Part shown: positions 18,536 to 26,500 of the stretch, piece after piece
How the letters are laid out: each line of letters begins with the position of its first letter
How positions within the stretch are numbered: position 1 is the stretch's first letter
Virus record (IMG/VR): IMGVR_UViG_3300032332_000642
Location: 1 to 27,971 of that record
Reading direction: 5' to 3' (one strand)
DNA length: 27,971 nt
Origin: a virus
Taxonomy: Duplodnaviria; Caudoviricetes
Made by a program: the position numbers and the translations under genes
Notes under the pieces: generated by a model
Told to the model about the DNA's origin: nothing
Database searches by the model: none
What the model saw: the letters and a program-made list of their open reading frames with translations, nothing else

Positions 18536-19246
18536 ATGACCCTCGACCAGATCGCCAACCAAGTCTGCATCAAGACCCACGACACCTCCGTTGGTGCCGT
18601 AGCTGCTGTAAAAACATTCTGTAAGAACCGCTACCAGATGATCTGGGACAGCCAGCTCTGGGCAAACAGCATGGCCGTGACAACTCAGGCCATCAGTTCT
18701 GGAAGTTCCATTGTCACAATCTCTGACACGAACATGGATCTCCCTGTCGCAGTCAAGATCGGCACAACCGCAATCGACCCAGCCAACTACGGGTCGGCAT
18801 TTATGATGTCACCAAGTTCTTTCACTGATTCTGGAAATACAACATCTTTCGTGATCCTTTCGAGATCTGACGCTGGTAATATAAGGCTACAGCTTTTGAG
18901 TGCTTCTTCCGAAGCTGGAACACTCTCTGTTCTCTGCAAGACCAAGATCCGTGTAACAAACAACGGGGTGTCTGCCTACCGCTCGATGGAGCTAGATGAT
19001 GATGTGTGTGTAATCAATACCGCAGAGCAGGCACTACTTACACTTGTCGAGGCCGACATGCTGGAATACAAACAGGCTTACGCCAAGGCTCAGGCCAAAC
19101 AGTCCGAAGCCCTCACTCTTTTGTCATTAGCCCGCAACGTCGAGCGTTCTCAGGGTGCATCCCGCTTTGAGGTCTCAGCTGCGTTTAACGGTGAGTGGAG
19201 CCGTGATGACTGGGACTACGGGGGAAGCACGATCAGCTTCCAATAA
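18536..19246 (+). CDS. Head-to-tail adaptor (T7 gp11/P22 gp4-like)
   Basis: MTLDQIANQV...KTFCKNRYQMIW...W helical N-terminus; size and position before the nozzle-like gene. Confidence 0.65.
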   Translation: MTLDQIANQVCIKTHDTSVGAVAAVKTFCKNRYQMIWDSQLWANSMAVTTQAISSGSSIVTISDTNMDLPVAVKIGTTAIDPANYGSAFMMSPSSFTDSGNTTSFVILSRSDAGNIRLQLLSASSEAGTLSVLCKTKIRVTNNGVSAYRSMELDDDVCVINTAEQALLTLVEADMLEYKQAYAKAQAKQSEALTLLSLARNVERSQGASRFEVSAAFNGEWSRDDWDYGGSTISFQ

Positions 19247-19249
19247 GCC

Positions 19250-20854
19250 ATGCCTATTATTTTTGACGAAGCCCTAGACACGCCTCTGGTCTTCGACGGG
19301 CAGAGGCAGTTCAGCGGTGGGGAAGACTCTAACACTCAGGCGAGGATCTTGGGTGAGAACCAGTGTACAAGTCTGGTCAATGTCGAGTTAGACGAGAACG
19401 GGCTTGTTCATACTAGGCTTGGCCTTGTTCTCACTCCTTCCACTGGGGTTAACTCCTATATTAGCGGTCTTGCTTCCTACCGAAACACAAGCACAACGCA
19501 GATGGTTGCATTCTTTGGTGGCAATCTTAAGTACCTATCAACTTGGGCTACTGGATGGCAGACTGGGGCATCATCTGCATATACATCTGGCAACAGGGTC
19601 TATACGGCTACGGTAGCAGATAAGCTCTACTTTATCGACGGATCTGCGGGTGGTCAGCTTAAGTTCTGGGACGGTTCTGCTGTCACTACCGTGCCAACCA
19701 CTGGAGCAGTATCAGCCCCTGCTGGAATTAATAGGTTAATCAGCACGAGGGGTAGGCTATTTGCCGTAACCGCAAGCAACCCAGACACCCTTTATGTGGG
19801 AGATTTCCTGACATCAAACTTTGATACCGTAACAAATGCAATTAGGATAGGTGGAGACTCTTCTCCAATTACTGCAATCGTCGAGTGGACGGGTGACCGT
19901 ATCGCAGTATTTAAGGAGAACAGGGTATTTGTTGTTAGCGGAATTACCCAGACATCTGCTGGTGGTTTCTCAGTCGAAACAGTTGAAAACGCCAACGGTG
20001 CCCTGAGTCAGTCGGCCACGCTTAGGGTTGGATCTGATGTTATGTTTATGTCTCGTGACGGGGTGCGCTTGTTAAGCCGAACCCTACAGGGGCAGGAGCA
20101 AGCGGTAAGCCTTCCAATATCGATGCCGATTGAAGGCAAGATAAAGCAGATCGATATTTCACAGCCGAGCGAGATCTCTATGGCATTCCACGAAAATACG
20201 GTGATAGTTTCAGCTAAGACATCTTCTGGTGGGACTATTACCCTTTGTTTTGACACCGCAAACAAGTGTTGGCTTGGTGAGTGGTCTGGGAGGTTCTATC
20301 CATATACAGGCATTCAGGCAACTAATGGAATAACCCTGCCAAACAATGTTGCTTCAACAGCCTTATTTACTGGTCTTGTAATAGGTGATAGGTCGGGTCG
20401 TATTTACCTTTGGAGGCGTGGGCATAACTTTGGATCTTCTACTGCGCTTACATATGCAGACGATGGTTCAGCAACTGCGGATGGATCTGTCGGCATACCA
20501 ACATCGATTGCATCTCGTGGGATGACATTTTCGGAGGCTGGATCTAGGAAGCTGGGGAACAGGTGTGAGATTGAGTTTTATGAATCAGACACAACGGCAC
20601 TCATAGAGTATATTTTGGATAATGATTATTGGGAGACGCTGGCAACAATAGCAACATCAGCAGCACCTCTTACACTTCCATTTAATCTTCCCAAGTATTT
20701 GTCTGGATTCCCAGCCCTAAAAAACAAGGGATATACAATCATAGATCAAGACTACTTCAGGGAGATCATACTTCGGGTAAGCTCTTCATCTGGCTATCTG
20801 GCAGTCCGTGGGATGTCTGTATCAGCCTACCTCCAGCCCTACCTAGTCACTTGA
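19250..20854 (+). CDS. Tail nozzle/stabilisation protein (P22 gp10/T7 gp12-like)
   Basis: FSGG, NVELDENG..TRLG, RGRLFAV and RIAVFKEN propeller-like motifs. Confidence 0.75.
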   Translation: MPIIFDEALDTPLVFDGQRQFSGGEDSNTQARILGENQCTSLVNVELDENGLVHTRLGLVLTPSTGVNSYISGLASYRNTSTTQMVAFFGGNLKYLSTWATGWQTGASSAYTSGNRVYTATVADKLYFIDGSAGGQLKFWDGSAVTTVPTTGAVSAPAGINRLISTRGRLFAVTASNPDTLYVGDFLTSNFDTVTNAIRIGGDSSPITAIVEWTGDRIAVFKENRVFVVSGITQTSAGGFSVETVENANGALSQSATLRVGSDVMFMSRDGVRLLSRTLQGQEQAVSLPISMPIEGKIKQIDISQPSEISMAFHENTVIVSAKTSSGGTITLCFDTANKCWLGEWSGRFYPYTGIQATNGITLPNNVASTALFTGLVIGDRSGRIYLWRRGHNFGSSTALTYADDGSATADGSVGIPTSIASRGMTFSEAGSRKLGNRCEIEFYESDTTALIEYILDNDYWETLATIATSAAPLTLPFNLPKYLSGFPALKNKGYTIIDQDYFREIILRVSSSSGYLAVRGMSVSAYLQPYLVT

Positions 20855-20889
20855 CATCTGCCAACTGCTAGGCATACAGAAGCATATAT
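20851..20889 (+). promoter_or_regulatory. Possible promoter
   Basis: TTGACA at 20851 with half-site AACTGCTA at 20863; -10 box weak. Confidence 0.35.
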
Positions 20890-21156
20890 ATGGGAGGAGG
20901 AGGATCACAGCCAGCACCAGCACCAGACCCTTACGTTGATGATCGTGCAGATCAAAAGAGGCGTAGAGAGGCTTACGAGAAGGAGCGTCAAGAGGTTTAC
21001 ATTCCTAGAACTAAAGAGATGATTGAGTCCTCCGATGCCCAGCGCAACGAGTGGTACAAGATGGTTAATCAGTACTACCGTGATACCAACCCCCTTCGTA
21101 AGACTGCTATAACAGATTACTCGGTTCCAGAGGATCAGCGTGGCCTCGGGGTTTGA
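20890..21156 (+). CDS. Small virion protein (MGGGG/Pro-rich N-terminus)
   Basis: MGGGGSQPAPAP start, typical of podovirus tail-assembly/ejection-region proteins. Confidence 0.65.
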   Translation: MGGGGSQPAPAPDPYVDDRADQKRRREAYEKERQEVYIPRTKEMIESSDAQRNEWYKMVNQYYRDTNPLRKTAITDYSVPEDQRGLGV

Positions 21157-21583
21157 GGAAGACTTAGACTCGATTCAGTCGTTCGTTCAGGAACACTACA
21201 GCCCCTCAATGTGTTGGGGCGACTTCAAGCCTTGGATGCGGTGGTACCGTGAAAACAAGCTGCTTGGCTACATTAAGGGCAAGGACGGGATAGAGGCTAT
21301 GGCTATGGTCAGGTTTGTTGACACCGTCCAAAGGGCTATAGAAGACCCATACTACAGCGACCCCTACTGCGACATATGCTGGATCGAGCTGGTCATAGCC
21401 CCGAAGGCAGAGAACCTTGCTAGGCTCATAGACCTACTTCTTACCGTTTGGGGTGATAGGCCAAAGTTCGCTGCAAGAAGGAATCACCTTGGTGGGGTTA
21501 TAAAAGAGTACCCATTTTCAGTCCTATCCAGACTCTCTTATAAAGGCTTGACCCGACTGCTTTCGTCTTCTAAACAGTTATAG
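21140..21583 (+). CDS. Hypothetical protein, possible GNAT-fold (P22 gp14/T7 gp13 position)
   Basis: 147 aa between nozzle and ejection genes; CWIELVIAP strand; based on synteny only. Confidence 0.55.
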   Translation: MASGFEEDLDSIQSFVQEHYSPSMCWGDFKPWMRWYRENKLLGYIKGKDGIEAMAMVRFVDTVQRAIEDPYYSDPYCDICWIELVIAPKAENLARLIDLLLTVWGDRPKFAARRNHLGGVIKEYPFSVLSRLSYKGLTRLLSSSKQL

Positions 21584-21596
21584 ATAACAAACTAAT
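21548..21596 (+). promoter_or_regulatory. Sigma70-like promoter with half operator
   Basis: TTGACC, 17 nt, TAAACA (21571-21576); CTAAACAGTT half-site. Confidence 0.45.
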
Positions 21597-22625
21597 ATGG
21601 GTTCACCTCCTTCACCTCCTCCTGCACCACCGCCCCCGCCCTCAGTGTCTCCCGCAGACACTGGAGCTGCGAACAAGGAGACGATGGAATACTACGCAAC
21701 GACAGGGTATCCATTAACACTAGAAGCATATAGGAAAGGCAAAGAAGCCAGCATACCCACAGATATTGATATCATGCGTAAGACCTCGGACGCACAGGTC
21801 GAAAACGTAATGACACTTTCAAAGAAATACGGCACCGATGCCGTAGCAGAACAACGCAGAATCTTGGAGATGGCAGACCCCGAGAGGTTTAAGGCCAACC
21901 AACAGCTCGGTGAAAAGATCTCTAGCGAACTTGCTTTGGGATCTAGCCTATCAGCCGATCAGGCTCGCACAGCGGAACAGGATATCCGTTCTTCTCAGGC
22001 AGCTCGTGGAAACATGTATGGCAACGCAGCCAGTGCTGCCGAAGTTCTCGCTAAGTTTAACGTGGGTCAGCAACTCCAACAGCAACGTATCGCCAATACC
22101 CAGAGCTATCTTGGACTCTCCCCGATTGCCAACGGACAGATTGGTAGCCCTTCGACTGGTGCCTCTGGCTTCTCGCCTAACACAATGCAACCCATGCAGA
22201 ACGCAGCTTTCTTGGGGGGTCAGCAATACATTCAGGGTCAGGGTATCAACGCACAGAACTATTCGACAGCGATGTCTGGCTATAACGCACAGCTTGCCTA
22301 TCAGGCTTCCACCTACCAGCCAATGGGCGCACAGATTATTGGCGCAGCTCAAGGTATTGCTGGGTTGGGAATGGGTATCGGTGGTCTTGTGTGCTGGGTG
22401 GCTCGTGAGGTGTACGGTGAAGACAATCCTGAGTGGATGATCTTTAGGGAATGGATGTTGAGCATGGCACCGAAGTGGATGCTGAACGGATACATCAAGC
22501 ACGGGGAACGGATCGCTAATTACATCAGTGGTAAAGCAACCCTCAAGGGATGGATCAAACGCTGGATGGATACAAAGGTAAAACAAGTTCGCAGGGCTAA
22601 GGCCATCTGCGGATACGGAGCTTAA
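21597..22625 (+). CDS. Ejection/pilot protein with C-terminal CFI-box-CTERM-like domain
   Basis: Pro-rich start, Q/A/G-rich body, glycine-rich hydrophobic helix, then CWVAREVYG...FREW...AP.W...Y.KHGERIA. Confidence 0.7.
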   Translation: MGSPPSPPPAPPPPPSVSPADTGAANKETMEYYATTGYPLTLEAYRKGKEASIPTDIDIMRKTSDAQVENVMTLSKKYGTDAVAEQRRILEMADPERFKANQQLGEKISSELALGSSLSADQARTAEQDIRSSQAARGNMYGNAASAAEVLAKFNVGQQLQQQRIANTQSYLGLSPIANGQIGSPSTGASGFSPNTMQPMQNAAFLGGQQYIQGQGINAQNYSTAMSGYNAQLAYQASTYQPMGAQIIGAAQGIAGLGMGIGGLVCWVAREVYGEDNPEWMIFREWMLSMAPKWMLNGYIKHGERIANYISGKATLKGWIKRWMDTKVKQVRRAKAICGYGA

Positions 22626-22626
22626 T

Positions 22627-23553
22627 ATGCCAGATTATTACGGAGGAGTAGCACAGGCTGGGGCGTACATGATGAACTCTGGTCTGGATGCGATTACATC
22701 GCAGAGGAAGCTGGACGCAGAGAAAGAGATGCAGGCTCAAAGAATTGCAGCTCAAGAAAGAATGCAGTCAGCTAGGTCTAGTGGCGGTGGTGCTTTCAGT
22801 GGCAACGATCCAGTTTCAAAGGGTGCTAGGTCTTTTACGGCAATCACGGCAGCACTTAACGCACACTCAGATGAACAGATTAACCTTATGGGTGAAATGT
22901 CGAAGCTGGACAAGATGATGCAGGAGCGTGGCTACGGTACAGATGAAGATAACACTGCAAAGCAAAGGTTACAGGCACGACTGCAGAACAGTGACTATGC
23001 AATGAAGATGATGACAAAGTCTCTTGGTGGCGGGAAGTTCGAGTACAACACGACAGATGCAGACGGATCAACTGTTAAGGCAGTATTTGATTCCGCTGCA
23101 GATCTTGAGGCTTACAAGTCCATGTTTAAGGGCAACGCCCCAGAGATCGCAGCTGAGAAGAACTCAAGCATTCTTGGTGGTATCTTTGGTAGTAAGGCAA
23201 CTGCACCAAGACAAGCAGCCCCAACTGGCGCAGATATGAGTCCAGTACCAGTTGAGAGAACCAAGCCCATGTCAACTGGCGATCAGGTTGACTCTATGAT
23301 GCAGGAAAGTGGAGTTGCTGAACCAGCTGAAAACCCAGCAGCAAGAGGTGGTACTGGTCGCCGAGTTCGTAGCAAAGAAGATATTGCGTCTGAAAGTGCG
23401 AACGCCAGCAAGATGAAAATTGAAGCACTCAAAAAAGAATTTGAATCAGTCAAAGGGCAAAAGAACGCAAAAGGAAATGTGAACACTGCAGCCATGCGTA
23501 GAATTGCAGCAGACATTATCGAGGAAGAAAAAAAGCTGAAGTCTGGTAACTGA
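22627..23553 (+). CDS. Internal virion (ejection) protein
   Basis: Helical, A/S/G/M-rich; lies between the pilot gene and the giant ORF. Confidence 0.65.
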   Translation: MPDYYGGVAQAGAYMMNSGLDAITSQRKLDAEKEMQAQRIAAQERMQSARSSGGGAFSGNDPVSKGARSFTAITAALNAHSDEQINLMGEMSKLDKMMQERGYGTDEDNTAKQRLQARLQNSDYAMKMMTKSLGGGKFEYNTTDADGSTVKAVFDSAADLEAYKSMFKGNAPEIAAEKNSSILGGIFGSKATAPRQAAPTGADMSPVPVERTKPMSTGDQVDSMMQESGVAEPAENPAARGGTGRRVRSKEDIASESANASKMKIEALKKEFESVKGQKNAKGNVNTAAMRRIAADIIEEEKKLKSGN

Positions 23554-23555
23554 TC

Positions 23556-26500
23556 ATGGCGATCACACCTTGGGATGACATAAAAGCCCAAGTAGGGTAC
23601 GACGAATTACCCACAGAGGGTAAAGTAGATACGATCAACAAGTACTCCCAGTACGTTCAGGAGTATTACACGCAGGTTGAGCCAAGAGATGCAAAGGAGG
23701 TTGGTCAGGCTTCTGATGAGTTTGTAAAGATTGCATCGCAGGATGCTCTGGGTGACCTCGGTGCGGTTGAGCGTGGATCTGCATTCCTTGGCAATATCTA
23801 CAAGGGCGCATCTGGAACTTTCACATCAGCATTTAAGGCAGCTGCCCTAGCGCAGCAAGCCATTGGCGAGTCTCTCGGAAACTACGATGACAACACTCCA
23901 GTCACTGAGCGTGATATCTATAAGATCGCACAGGATATCGACGAGAGTGTTAAGCAGACAACTGGCATCGAAGATCCCCGTCTACGCAATGACTTCATTA
24001 ATACCCTACTACCCCAAGGTCTTGGCAGTGCGCTTGGGTTCTTTGGTGTAGCTGCAGCTGCAGCAGCAGCTGCGCCTGAAGCAGCCGTTGGTGCTGTCGG
24101 ACTTGGTACAGCAGCTGTGCTTGGAGCTGCAACAAACGCTGGGTCTACCTACGAGGAGGCAAGGCAGGCTGGGGCAAACGAGTTTACGTCGAGGGCATCA
24201 GCCCTAGCTGGCGGTGCTATCGGACTGACAGAGGCAATACCTCTCGGTGGTCTTGCTGGAAGATTAACGGCTGGAATTGCCAAGAGATCCATCCTTCGTG
24301 GTGTGGTCGAGGGAGCTACCGAAGAGTTCTTGCAGGAGACTGGTTCTCAGATGGCCAACAACTTCGTTGCCTCTAAGTTTGCTGGGTACGATCCGAACAG
24401 GGGAATCATGGATGGGGCACTGCAGTCTGGTGCGGTAGGACTCGTAACTGGAGGACTGATCGGTGGCGGTGTGAATGCAATCACCCGTGATAACGAGGCT
24501 TTCTATGCTGAGAAACTATCCGACGAGCTTAAGAGCAAAGCAGACCTAGCTGCATCACTAACTCCAGAACGACTGACGCAGATTACTGAGGCAGCAAGAA
24601 ACGCTAACACAACCACACAGCAGAGGATTGATATTGAGACTGGGGAAACTGAGACAACCTCAACCCCCAAGACTGTGTTCGGGGATCGGCTTGCTGGAGA
24701 AGTGCCAGACATTGGCCAGAACCCTGCGATCAATAGCGTACCCCTTGGTCGTAGCGTTAGTCAGGATGAGGATGGCAACAATACAGAGACATTTACTTTC
24801 CATACCCCTCAAGGTCTTTTGTGGGAGGCAGAGTTCAGGACGGGTGAGCCAGTCAGGGTTCGTGACGTAACCGATGACAGCCCCCTTCTAAACCCAATCA
24901 CTAGCCCAGCAGATCCGAGGACTGCGACACGATCCCAATTCACGGGTCGCATCATCTCCCCAACCAGCAGTATCGCAAAAGAGTTCGGCTTGGAGACAGA
25001 GCAGGAGATGGATCGCAGGTTGATCGCAGAAGCCCAGCGTGAGATGCAGCTTGGCAGGGTTACAGATCAAACACTTCTCCCAGACAATCAGATCATCCCA
25101 GAATCCGTGTCACGAGATGATCGTGGTGTGGCTCGTCAGGTTGTCCTGAACAATGAGATCGAAAGGCTTTACAAGATCCGTGAGGGTGTACTCGCAAGGC
25201 AGATCCTTGTCGGCGAAAACCCTAACGCTGGCACAACCGAGTACGATCCTAACACGGCTAGAGAAGTTATCAGGTACGACTCAGAGGGTAACAAGATCGA
25301 GAATAAGCAGGAGACCTCGCAGAGGGTCGCCCGACTTAATCGCATGATCGGGATGCGGGAGACTGAGCTTCGTGGACTAACGGCAAGACCAGAGGGATAC
25401 ATCCTAGCCTCCGAGCGCAACACACCGCCAAGCGCATCTCAGAAGCTCTCGCTTGTCCAAGGTTTCCAGAACCTGTGGAACAGCATCTCATCTCCAGCCC
25501 TACGCAATGCCATCACTTTTGAGGTGGGTGACATCACTCCTTTAATTGAATCAGGTCAGGTTCCAAAGGGTGCTGTTGCCTACTACAAGCGGGCTTCGGA
25601 CGGCAGGAAGGCCATGATCTTCTTGTCGGACAAGCTCGCCACGATGCCTATGGCTCGCAGGGAAATGATCCATGAGCTTGGCCACGCCTTCTGGGACACG
25701 CTCCCAGCTGGTGTACAGGCTGAGATCAGGGGTCTATGGAGGGCAGAGACAGAGTCTAGGACAGGTGCTTTGTTCGATGAGTTTGGTGGACTGAAGGCCG
25801 AGGTGAGTCCTCGTGTCATGGAGTCAGTACAGGAGTTCTTCTCCGAGCGTTTGGCTTGGACAAACGACCAGTGGGCTAAGGGACTCAGCGAGCAGAACAG
25901 TGTCATGGACAAAGCTGGTCGTGCTTTCAGAAACCTGCTCGACAGGTTCCTTCGATACACGGGTCACGGGGAGAGGCTGAACCTAGAGTTCAGATCATTC
26001 CTAGACCAAGGTGACAGGTTTAAGGGATTACGGACAAGGGTCGAGCGGGCTGTTCGGGCTGGCCGTGCTGGCATTAACGAGGAGCCACAGACTTCGATCC
26101 GTGGCCTCGCCAAGTATGAGCAGCTGTTTGATTACACAAGGAACAACCCAGATGGATTTACTGTTGACCCCGTGTCATTCAGGGTTCCAACGACTGGCTA
26201 CATTGTAGCACCGTCCAAGAACACAGAGGGTATTATGCCCGTAAACATGAGCAGGGAAGAGGGCATCAAGGCTTTCAGATCCTACCTTCTCAGCAACGAC
26301 GATATCTTCAGGGCTTTCGGTATTGGCCAGAGGTTGGCGAATGTTGAGGGGGCGGGTGCGTACTTTGGTGGATGGATGAAGACCACAGAAAACAACGAGC
26401 CACTACCTGTAGATCAGCGTCAGTTTGTTTATGATATTTCTTTCGTTCTCGACAATAAGACCGATGCGCTTTATGTTGCTGAAAATGGCAAACAAGATGC

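Noticed and set aside
23863-26208. Other +1-frame ORFs in the giant gene (23863, 24628, 25153, 26011)
   Set aside because: S/R/L-rich shadow composition, non-preferred starts and no leaderless promoter geometry. They show that +1 ORFs arise by chance here, which is a caveat for the two retained nested ORFs.
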